Below the pieces are notes generated by a model that made no database searches, was not told the origin of the DNA, and was given only the letters and a program-made list of their open reading frames with translations. From assembly GCA_964604155.1 (NCBI GenBank), contig CAZRXY010000117.1, forward strand, positions 3,945 through 67,944: a DNA stretch of 64,000 nt, given 5' to 3'. This document shows positions 47,801 through 55,431 of the stretch, one piece after another; the stretch's first letter is position 1, and each line of letters begins with the position of its first letter. This DNA is from an uncultured Candidatus Cloacimonadota bacterium. Lineage in GTDB: Bacteria > Cloacimonadota > Cloacimonadia > Cloacimonadales > TCS61. The position numbers and the translations under genes are program-made.

Positions 47801-48380
47801 TCATGGTATCATAATCAATTATGTCTATTTTTTGTATTTCATGAGAATTGCGAAAGCCATCAAAGAAATTGAGAAAAGGTACCTGGGATTTGAGAGTAGA
47901 AAGATGAGAAACAACGCCAAGGTCCATGATTTCCTGCAGCGAAGAAGCAGCCATCAAAGCAAAGCCGGTATTCCTGGCGGACATTACGTCGGAGTGGTCA
48001 CCAAAAATAGAAAGACTTTGAGCTGCGAGCGAGCGAGCAGAAACATGAAAAACCGTGGGCAGCATTTCGCCGGCAATTTTGTGCATGTTTGGCAGCATAA
48101 GCAATAAACCCTGCGAAGCCGTGAAAGTGGTAGTGAGAGCACCCGCAGTTAATGAGCCGTGAATTGCACCGGCAGCTCCAGCTTCAGACTGCATTTCCAC
48201 AACATCTACCTTTTCACCAAATATATTTTTTCTATTATTGGCAGCCCAGGTATCAGCGTATTCCCCCATCGTAGAGGACGGGGTGATGGGATATATTGCA
48301 GCCACATCACTAAAGGCATAAGCAACATGAGCGGCTGCTTGATTTCCATCAACTGTAGCCTTTTTAAATACTTTGGTCAT
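44853..48380 (-). CDS. nifJ: Pyruvate:ferredoxin (flavodoxin) oxidoreductase, single-chain
   Basis: YPITPSS, GLGSDGTVGANKN, CIQCNQCSFVCPH, FSGACAGCGE, GGDGWAYDIG, YSNTGGQ; 1175 aa. Confidence 0.96.
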   Translation of the reverse strand: MTKVFKKATVDGNQAAAHVAYAFSDVAAIYPITPSSTMGEYADTWAANNRKNIFGEKVDVVEMQSEAGAAGAIHGSLTAGALTTTFTASQGLLLMLPNMHKIAGEMLPTVFHVSARSLAAQSLSIFGDHSDVMSARNTGFALMAASSLQEIMDLGVVSHLSTLKSQVPFLNFFDGFRNSHEIQKIDIIDYDTMKEMVDMKYVEDFRSRALNPDAPRVKVGAQNPDVYFQGRETTNLLYDETPNIVKEYMKAVSDLTGREYHLFNYYGDPQADKIIIAMGSGCETIQETISYLNNKGEKLGLLSVHLYRPFSVKDFTAAIPESVKKIVVLDRTKEPGSLGEPLYLDTVAALKDRKDLIIIGGRYGLSSKEFTPAMVKAVYDHLENDGFHGFTVGINDDVSHRSIPVGENLPTIPEGTISCKFWGLGSDGTVGANKNSIKIIGDGTDMYCQGYFQYDSKKSGGVTRSHLRFGKAPIQSEYTVVAADFIACHNQAYIGRYDLLEGIKENGVFLLNSIWSADEVFDNLTADMQREIIDKKIKVYNVNALKIAQEVGLGTKINSVMQTAYFLISGILPEDTAIKMIKNFIHKTFAKKGDKVIEMNLLAVDRTKESIQKIELPAECGCKAMDMHKLVPDDADEFTRNVIEKIMREKGDEIPVSHMPYDGYIPSATSRLEKRGVAPFVPQWIPEKCIQCNQCSFVCPHAAIRAKLIDPLNLKDAPENFVTLDAKSKDEGMKFKIQVYPEDCQGCSVCVNECPVQALVMKPIQEERDRGETINAEFFDNLPNDVLSKVSDQYTVKGSQFKQPLFEFSGACAGCGETPYVRLVTQLYGDRMLIGNATGCSSIYGGTFPTIPYCHNKNGLGPAWANSLFEDNAEYAMGMRLAVDANRKQLKTKISQVLELGTSSELSEKLTWSLDNWKSVDDQAKDNAADIKKLLPAAIKSASPDTEAILKKIYELKNFLVDKSIWAFGGDGWAYDIGYGGVDHVLASGRNINILVLDTEVYSNTGGQASKSSPLGAVAKFAESGKPTVKKELGKMIMEYGYVYVASCAMGANKNQFMKALREAEEYEGPSIIIAYSPCINHGINMSMSQKEEKKAVDAGYWLLYRYDPRRIDEGKNPFIFESPEIKIDVADFLKGEKRYSSLKTTFPENSDKYVALFKDYVIKRYNKFKKLAEE

Positions 48381-48517
48381 ACAACCTCCTAAAAGAAATT
48401 ATTTTATGTCAATTTTGATAATTTTAAGTTTCCGTCAACCTGAAAAGTTAGAAGTTGAGAAAAAAAAGATAAATCTTAGAATTCGGAAATTTTTTAAGCC
48501 AATTCGTCTATAAAACA

Positions 48518-49477
48518 TTATTGATTTATGATGTCTTCCAGTCTGGGTGTAAAAAATTTAAAATATTGCTGATCGCTGTCATCATTTTCCCAGATCAATT
48601 TTTTTATATTATTTATTTCTGTATCGATAAGCACTTTTTCGAGTTCGGAAGCATGAGGTAAATAGTTTTCCAGAACGAACCAGGCTAGCATAAAATAGCC
48701 TTCATGAACCAGAAGCTGGGCAAGATTGGATACGATATCATACATATAGCTAAAATCGGGAAAGTATAGATAGAGTTTTAGCAGCGGGATCAAAGCTTTT
48801 GCCAAAAGGTCTTGAGCCTGATATCCAATGAACTGAATCACCAAAGCCTGCGGCATTTTAAGGCTGTCCTGCAGGGCTTCCGCTTTACCGGCAAAAGAAA
48901 CAGCTTCAGAATATTTTTTCTGAAATATCTGATTAGTGGCAATTTTGAGATATAATTGATGATCCTGAATAGCAAAATCACCTTCGAGCAGACTTATATA
49001 GATATCGTTAGCTTCGGCAAAGAGAAAATTATCTTCATAGAGTTCTGCCAGAAGGATAATCATCTTGAAATAAAGGGTATTATCCTTAATATTAGATACA
49101 ACTTCTACAACGATATCAATAGCGGTTCGGGGCTGGAGTTTTGGGACGATTTGTGCTAATTTATTAGCAGAGGCATAAAGCAGGCTGTCATTTTTTGAGA
49201 CGGCAAAGACTTTGGCATAGCCCTGAGCAGCCGCCGGCAGATCATTCTGGAAATAATAGAGCGAAGCAGAGAGCCAGGCGACAGAATCTGCTTTATTTTC
49301 ACTGAATTGTTGTGTTTCGATCACGTTTTTTGCTAATTCCAGTTCATTATGCCCCAGATAGTGCTTAAGCAGTTCAAAGGCATAGTCATCGGGAGTATTT
49401 TCTGATTGGGCGACAAGAGGAGCTATAAGCAGGCAGGCAAAAAATAAGAAGAATATCAATTTATTTTCTGGCATCAT
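48518..49477 (-). CDS. Hypothetical exported TPR-like protein
   Basis: Signal peptide (KLIFFLFFACLLIAPLVA) from MMPENK and helical repeats; start overlaps the end of the activase gene. Confidence 0.6.
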   Translation of the reverse strand: MMPENKLIFFLFFACLLIAPLVAQSENTPDDYAFELLKHYLGHNELELAKNVIETQQFSENKADSVAWLSASLYYFQNDLPAAAQGYAKVFAVSKNDSLLYASANKLAQIVPKLQPRTAIDIVVEVVSNIKDNTLYFKMIILLAELYEDNFLFAEANDIYISLLEGDFAIQDHQLYLKIATNQIFQKKYSEAVSFAGKAEALQDSLKMPQALVIQFIGYQAQDLLAKALIPLLKLYLYFPDFSYMYDIVSNLAQLLVHEGYFMLAWFVLENYLPHASELEKVLIDTEINNIKKLIWENDDSDQQYFKFFTPRLEDIINQ

Positions 49478-50243
49478 GATGTTCTGCGGCAAAAATTGCG
49501 GCACCGAGAGCACCGGTTATAAAGGGATTTGAGGGGACTTTTACGGGGACGCCGCATTCATTTTGCAAACAATTTACCATAGCACAATTGAGTGCTACGC
49601 CTCCGGTGAATACGATACTCGATTTTTTGGGGAAAGTGGCTATCATACCGGCAATGCGTGCAGCAATGGAGCGATGGACAGAATCGGCAATATCGGAGGC
49701 ACTATTACCCTGGGCAATTAAACCGATCATTTCGGATTCTGCAAATACTACGCAGGTACTGCTGATATTGAGTTTTTTTATCACTTTCATAGCCAGATTT
49801 CCTAATTCTGCAATATCTACCTCCAGGATATCGGCAGCTTTTTCAAGGAACCTTCCAGTTCCAGCGGCACATCTGTCATTCATCACAAAATCCAGCACTT
49901 TGCCACCGGAGCCAATACAAATACCTTTAGAATCTTGACCTCCGATATCAATTATAATTTCTGCCTGCGGGAAAAAATAATTCACGCCTTTGGCATGACA
50001 ACTAATTTCTGAGATTATTTTTCGGTTATCGCCAATCAGGTTTCTGCCATAGCCGGTAACGACTACCGGGATATGATTGATATTTATTACATTACACTGA
50101 TTAAGGGCATTTCTAAGGAGAATATCAGCGGTTTTCAGGGGTGTTATACCCGTATTGATAACTTGAGAATAGATAATTTTATTATCCTCAAAAAGGACAA
50201 TTTTGGAAGTTTTAGAGCCCGAATCAAGACCGCACGAAATCAC
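49461..50243 (-). CDS. 2-hydroxyacyl-CoA dehydratase activator (HgdC/HadI-type ASKHA ATPase, archerase)
   Basis: GLDSGSKTSK, VTGYGR, DIGGQDSK, MNDRCAAGTGRFLE, SSTCVVFAESE, FTGGVA, GALGAA. GTG start with GGAGG SD. Confidence 0.9.
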   Translation of the reverse strand: MISCGLDSGSKTSKIVLFEDNKIIYSQVINTGITPLKTADILLRNALNQCNVININHIPVVVTGYGRNLIGDNRKIISEISCHAKGVNYFFPQAEIIIDIGGQDSKGICIGSGGKVLDFVMNDRCAAGTGRFLEKAADILEVDIAELGNLAMKVIKKLNISSTCVVFAESEMIGLIAQGNSASDIADSVHRSIAARIAGMIATFPKKSSIVFTGGVALNCAMVNCLQNECGVPVKVPSNPFITGALGAAIFAAEHHDARK

Positions 50244-50314
50244 CGGGCACCTCCTGCCGGTAACAGTAAAAGTAGAAGTAAAAAATTTAGTTTTAAAGAA
50301 TCACTTATAAACAT
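50240..50314 (-). CDS. Putative 24-aa Leu-rich leader/small peptide MFISDSLKLNFLLLLLLLPAGGAR
   Basis: ATG 2 nt after the M16 peptidase TAA; TGA overlaps the activase GTG; seven consecutive Leu codons (TTA CTT CTA CTT TTA CTG TTA). Confidence 0.45.
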   Translation of the reverse strand: MFISDSLKLNFLLLLLLLPAGGAR

Positions 50315-50316
50315 AA

Positions 50317-52854
50317 TTACTTAAGTATCTGGATAAAAAAATTATCCTTATGTAAGAATTCACGAGCAACAGACTGAACTTCCTCTTTAGAGACTGCCAG
50401 AATCCTTTGGCGTCTGGTCAAATAATTTTCCATGCCCAGACCAAGTGCTATTTTTCGGCTGATTGAAGCGGCAATGGAGGATACGCTTTCTTCTTCTTGG
50501 AGTATTTCACCGATAATGTGATTTTTGATTTTAGTGAGCTCCAGATTTGAAATGCCTTCTGAGACTATCTGGCTGAAAAGCTGTTTTATCATCTTCAAAC
50601 CGATAGCAGTATTATCTCTATCTACAACGGCAGCAGTGATATACATTCCGGTTTGCCTACCGGCAAAATATTCCATTTCCACAGAATAGGCAAGTCCATT
50701 TTTTTCACGCAATTCGTTGAACAGGCGGGAATTGGTATCACCACCCAGAATCTGGCAGAGAACGTTCATAGCCAAAGCTCTTTTTGTATCTTGAATTCCG
50801 GGAGCATAACCGCCAATAATAATTACGCCCTGGCTGGATTGCCTGTCAGAAATTTTATACCTGTTTATGGCAGGATAAACCTCATTAAAAGTAGGCATTT
50901 TGGCAGGATATGATATCTTATCTGCAAAATATTTATTTACCATTTCATCAACAGAGGAAAAATTAAGATCACCGGCGACAACAAGAGTAAGATTGTCCGG
51001 AGTATAAAAGGTCTGATGCCATTTTTTAAGGCGGGACAGCGAGAGATTAGCAAAATCCTTTCGTTTCCCTTCGCGGTTATAGAGATTGCTTTTGGAGCCA
51101 AAAATCTGCTTTCGCCATAACATCATAGCCTGTTGCTGCGGATAATCTTTGATGCGGTGCATCGAACTGAGAATGGAATTTTTTACATTCTGGAAATGTT
51201 CACGGGGAAATTCCGGCTGAAAGATCACATAAGAGAGCATTTCCAGAGCAAGCGGCAAATCTTCCTGGAAGCATTTGCATTTGATAGTGGTGATATCCAT
51301 GAGGGGGCTCACACGTATCTGTATGCCATGCATGAGACAGAAATCCAGAAATTTGTCATAACTATGCAATCTATTGCCATAAAGCAACATAGCTCCTGTG
51401 AGGTAATTAGCACCCCGGAATCCTGGAGGTTCATAAAGCTGAGAGACCCTTATGGTGGCAGCAATACCAATTGTGGGTTTGCCAATTATTTTTTTATAGA
51501 TTATGCTGGCACCGTTATCGAATTTCCTTTCCAGGTAGTCGACACGCTTCTGATCAAATCTTATAGTCTCTTTCTTCTGGAATAAAGAATAAATCAGGGA
51601 GGAATCAACATTTGCAGAACCTTTGTAGAAAATATTAATATGCTTCTCATCGAGCCATTTATCGAGGCATGATCTAATGTCCTGGCGTGAAATCTTTTTT
51701 AACCTACCGGGAAAACTATAATAATTTCTATAATCAGAATATATTTCTTCTGAGCCAAGATTAGAGGCATAAGATTCCATGTACTCCCGGGAAATGCGGA
51801 AAGAATTGAGGATTTCTGCCGTATGCTGCATCAATTGAACGGCGCTTATACCTCGGCATCTAAAATCATGCCAGCAATCCCGGAAGCCTTTGATAACCTC
51901 CAGGGGAGAAACTCCCTGCTTAGGAAAAAGCAGTAAAATGGTCACCCCGTCATGAATTCCGCTGATCCCGTTGACTTTAATATTATCTATAAGTTTTTTC
52001 TTTTTGAATAATTCATCGTAAAGATATGAATTTTTTTCCATAAAAAAGGCTTTATAAAGAACAGACAGGGCGATGGAATCAGGGTGATTCTCTGCTAAAT
52101 CAGGCAAGGCAACCGCAATAACATCAGATTGAGATTTGTGTTTTACAGTAGTGAATTTGAATTGTTGAGGATGACCGCCAAACTGGGAAGGACGATCTCT
52201 TCTCGGCTTATTTTGCCAATCACCAAAAAAGCCGGATATCCACATATCAAGTTCACTTCTTTGATAATCACCGGCGATTACCAAGAAACTATTGCCTGGA
52301 AAGTAGTGGTCCGAAATAAATTTTCTAAGTTCCGCAGCAGTTGCCCTTTTAAGATTCTGACGATTGCCAATAATGGGATTCTTGTAAGGGTTATCCGTGA
52401 GATACAAGCCGGCAACAGTTTCGATAAAACTATCCTCCGGATCATTTTCGGCTTCCTTAAGCTCTTCAAAGATCACTTTACGCTCAGAGAGAAAATCTTT
52501 CTCGGTGAAATTGGCATGGATGATAAGATCGGAAAGCACTTGAAGTGCTTCTTTTATATATTCGCTGGAAATATCCAGATAGTAGCAAGTGCTGTCATAT
52601 TCCGTATAGGCATTAATGGAACCTCCCAGAAAAGCAATTCTATCTATAATGTTACCTTCGGGATAATCGTGATGGCTTTTAAATACAAGGTGCTCGGAAA
52701 AATGTGAGAATCCCGCCTCATCACTGCTTTCCCAGGCTGAGCCCGTGAGAATATATAATTGGATACTAACTAAGGGATTAGAGTGATCGGGCGCATAAAT
52801 TACTTTAAGTCCATTCTCTAAAATACTATGTTCTGCTTGTTTAATATTTTTCAT
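50317..52854 (-). CDS. M16 (insulinase/pitrilysin) family zinc peptidase, two-domain fusion
   Basis: HFSEH (HxxEH), NAYT, SRLFNELREKNGLAYSV. Confidence 0.92.
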   Translation of the reverse strand: MKNIKQAEHSILENGLKVIYAPDHSNPLVSIQLYILTGSAWESSDEAGFSHFSEHLVFKSHHDYPEGNIIDRIAFLGGSINAYTEYDSTCYYLDISSEYIKEALQVLSDLIIHANFTEKDFLSERKVIFEELKEAENDPEDSFIETVAGLYLTDNPYKNPIIGNRQNLKRATAAELRKFISDHYFPGNSFLVIAGDYQRSELDMWISGFFGDWQNKPRRDRPSQFGGHPQQFKFTTVKHKSQSDVIAVALPDLAENHPDSIALSVLYKAFFMEKNSYLYDELFKKKKLIDNIKVNGISGIHDGVTILLLFPKQGVSPLEVIKGFRDCWHDFRCRGISAVQLMQHTAEILNSFRISREYMESYASNLGSEEIYSDYRNYYSFPGRLKKISRQDIRSCLDKWLDEKHINIFYKGSANVDSSLIYSLFQKKETIRFDQKRVDYLERKFDNGASIIYKKIIGKPTIGIAATIRVSQLYEPPGFRGANYLTGAMLLYGNRLHSYDKFLDFCLMHGIQIRVSPLMDITTIKCKCFQEDLPLALEMLSYVIFQPEFPREHFQNVKNSILSSMHRIKDYPQQQAMMLWRKQIFGSKSNLYNREGKRKDFANLSLSRLKKWHQTFYTPDNLTLVVAGDLNFSSVDEMVNKYFADKISYPAKMPTFNEVYPAINRYKISDRQSSQGVIIIGGYAPGIQDTKRALAMNVLCQILGGDTNSRLFNELREKNGLAYSVEMEYFAGRQTGMYITAAVVDRDNTAIGLKMIKQLFSQIVSEGISNLELTKIKNHIIGEILQEEESVSSIAASISRKIALGLGMENYLTRRQRILAVSKEEVQSVAREFLHKDNFFIQILK

Positions 52855-53648
52855 ATTTCTATAAAATTTTTGCTCCAGACGCCGGCGTAGGCGTTATGAT
52901 CGTGGATAGATTCCTGATTTACGGTTTCAATTTTGAAACTATCTATTCTACTATCCGCTCTTAATTTCAAAGTGATATCACGCACGATATCTTCGGCAAA
53001 GTGCGGATTATTATAGGCATGTTCGGTGACAAATTTCTCATCTGATCTTTTTAGCAGAGGGAAAATCTGACAACTGGCAGAGGCTTCCACCATTTCAATT
53101 AATTCTTCCAGCCAGACAAATTCTCTGAGAGTTACCTGGATATTAACATATGATCTCTGATTATGAGCACCATATTCACTGATCTCTTTGGAGCAGGGGC
53201 ACAATGTGGTGATAGGGACATTTACGCCAATCACCAGGGTGTAGTGATCACTAAGCGAAGCTTGAAAATGGCAGTTATAGGCAAGCAGAGATTTACTTTT
53301 ACTCACTGGAGCCGTTTTTTCCATAAAGTAGGGAAAATCAATAACAATAAAGGAAGTTTGTGATCCCAGAGATTTTCGTAATTCAATAAGAAAGCTCTCA
53401 AGATTATCGATTAGGTCTTCCTTATGGTACTTATTAAGCACTTCCAGAAATCTGCTCATGTGAGTACCCCGTTCTTTATCCTGCAATTCCACATACATTG
53501 CTATATCTGCCACAGTCTGCTGCTGCAGATTAGCACGGTCTTCTACTACGATCGGATAGCAGATATTACGTACACCCACACGGTCTATAGTTACTTTTCG
53601 CTCATCTCGTTGACTTTGCACGTCAATATGCTCTTTCATTTTTCTCAC
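52851..53648 (-). CDS. folE2: GTP cyclohydrolase I type B
   Basis: DVQS, GTHMSRF, TTLCPCSK, GAHNQRS, KRSDEK, ESIHDHNA. Confidence 0.94.
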   Translation of the reverse strand: MRKMKEHIDVQSQRDERKVTIDRVGVRNICYPIVVEDRANLQQQTVADIAMYVELQDKERGTHMSRFLEVLNKYHKEDLIDNLESFLIELRKSLGSQTSFIVIDFPYFMEKTAPVSKSKSLLAYNCHFQASLSDHYTLVIGVNVPITTLCPCSKEISEYGAHNQRSYVNIQVTLREFVWLEELIEMVEASASCQIFPLLKRSDEKFVTEHAYNNPHFAEDIVRDITLKLRADSRIDSFKIETVNQESIHDHNAYAGVWSKNFIEI

Positions 53649-54640
53649 TCCAGATAGTTTTTGGCATTACTGCTAAGGGTTCGCGTTAGATTATCCTGCT
53701 GATCATAGTGATATATAATAAGAGCAGCATCGAAAAAAGAATCAGCCAGTTTTACTGCCGCACTCACGGGCATCAGAAAAGCCGCTGTAGATAAGGCATC
53801 TGCAGTCTGAGCATCATCTGCTATAGCGGTAACGGACACGCAATTACGGGCTGGATATCCGGTATTGGCATCGATAATGTGATGATATCTGATACCATCA
53901 AGTTCAAAATATCTTTCGTAGTCCCCAGAGGTAACTACTGCTTTATCCGTTACTCTGAGCCGGTCTATAATTTCACCACGGGTTCTGCGAGGATGCTGGA
54001 TACCTATCAAGATTTCACCCATGCCATAAGTTCTAATATCACCCCCCGCATTCACAAGAATTTTATCTACTCCGCAGTGAATGAGCCTTTTGATTATTCT
54101 GTCAATCACATAACCTTTGGCAATGCTGCCGAGATTGATCTTGCAGCCTGCAGGTTTGGATAATATATTGCTATCATATATGATATTTTCGAATCCTACA
54201 AAATTAAGGGCGGCGGCAATATCATCATCCTGGGGTACCACCTCAGATGAAATATCCCAGATATCGGTGAGGGCACCAATACTAAGATCATAGCTGCCGG
54301 AGCTTTCGCGGTAAAAATAATCTCCAGCTTTCAGTAATTCATAAAATTCCGGCTCTATATTGATCTTCTGATCTGAGGCAGCATTAATCCTGCTAAGCAT
54401 ACTGTCAATTTTATAGTAAGAAAATTTTTGCTCATAGGCAAAGGCTTCAGTAATCACACTATCAAGAATAGTCGATAAATCCGAATGTTTGCCGGAAATC
54501 TCGATCTGAAATACAGTATCCATGAGAAATTCATCAATTGCTGCAGTATGAAGCCTCACGCTTTGGTTCCACACCCCTATTCCAATAAGGATAAGGATAA
54601 ACAGAACCTGTAAAATATAACTTTTCTTTTTTATACTCAT
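53645..54640 (-). CDS. apbE: FAD:protein FMN transferase ApbE
   Basis: LMDT, LGSIAKGY, NAGGD, VTSGDYERYF, YHHIID..TGYP, ADALSTA. Start probably MSIKKK; the ORF-track TTG at 54676 coincides with a TTGACA box. Confidence 0.9.
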   Translation of the reverse strand: MSIKKKSYILQVLFILILIGIGVWNQSVRLHTAAIDEFLMDTVFQIEISGKHSDLSTILDSVITEAFAYEQKFSYYKIDSMLSRINAASDQKINIEPEFYELLKAGDYFYRESSGSYDLSIGALTDIWDISSEVVPQDDDIAAALNFVGFENIIYDSNILSKPAGCKINLGSIAKGYVIDRIIKRLIHCGVDKILVNAGGDIRTYGMGEILIGIQHPRRTRGEIIDRLRVTDKAVVTSGDYERYFELDGIRYHHIIDANTGYPARNCVSVTAIADDAQTADALSTAAFLMPVSAAVKLADSFFDAALIIYHYDQQDNLTRTLSSNAKNYLE

Positions 54641-54678
54641 AATAAACAAAATTTTCGGGTACAGATTATTTGTCAATT

Positions 54679-55431
54679 TTACAGCAAATAACCTTTGAGA
54701 CTTTTCAAGTGAAAGTGATTATTGAAATGAAGATTGAGATGCTTTAGTAATGTCATAGTGATATTTCTGGCAGCCGAATCGGATATTTCCAGTGAATCCA
54801 AATATTTCCCAATAGAGGGAAGAATCTTCAGCAGTTTCTGCTCTTCGGTAGTAAAGCTTGCAGAAATCTGTTGCAGACCTGAGGTGCAATTTTGGCACAA
54901 AAAGCCCTGCAGGTCGGCATAATAAGACTCTATAATATCAAGTGCTCCGCCACAGGCTATGCAATGGGTGAAACTGGGTGAAATGCCATTGAGGGCAAAA
55001 AGCCTGATCAATAATCTCCAGAACAGGGCCAGGGAGTTCTTTTTTATATGCTGGGTGTAATTGAGAAAATTTTTTATTAGATCATAGAATAGATGAGCTT
55101 CATTTTTCTGTATCTCATGCTGAATAAATAATTCACAGCCAGCCTGGAGCACTTGAGTAGTTTGTAATTTATCACTGGCATAGGTCTGTATTAGTTCGGC
55201 AGTTTTCAGGATATGCCACTCTGAATTTTTTTTATTATGTAGAGAAAATTCCAGCTCAGCCATATTTTGCAATAAACCATAATTTGGACTGTCTGGCTTT
55301 CTTATACCTTTGGCAAGCAGTTTAATTTTACCCACTTCGGGAGTGATAATCTCGCAGATCAGGCTGGTTTCTCGAAAATATACTTTTTGCAGTACGATAC
55401 CTTGATATACTTTATCAGCCAGGTAGCGCAT
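54679..55431 (-). CDS. recO: DNA repair protein RecO
   Basis: N-terminal OB fold (GIVL...RETS...GKI.LLAKGIRKP) and CIACG...CQNC Zn finger. Confidence 0.88.
   Translation of the reverse strand: MRYLADKVYQGIVLQKVYFRETSLICEIITPEVGKIKLLAKGIRKPDSPNYGLLQNMAELEFSLHNKKNSEWHILKTAELIQTYASDKLQTTQVLQAGCELFIQHEIQKNEAHLFYDLIKNFLNYTQHIKKNSLALFWRLLIRLFALNGISPSFTHCIACGGALDIIESYYADLQGFLCQNCTSGLQQISASFTTEEQKLLKILPSIGKYLDSLEISDSAARNITMTLLKHLNLHFNNHFHLKSLKGYLL

Noticed and set aside
39077-48380. Nitrogen fixation cluster (NifX domains, nifJ)
   Set aside because: No nifHDK/ENB. These domains and PFOR are common in non-diazotrophic anaerobes.
50200-50242. Selenocysteine readthrough of the small ORF's TGA
   Set aside because: The continuation is short, has no redox motif and is out of frame within the activator gene; the GTGA overlap is better explained by translational coupling.
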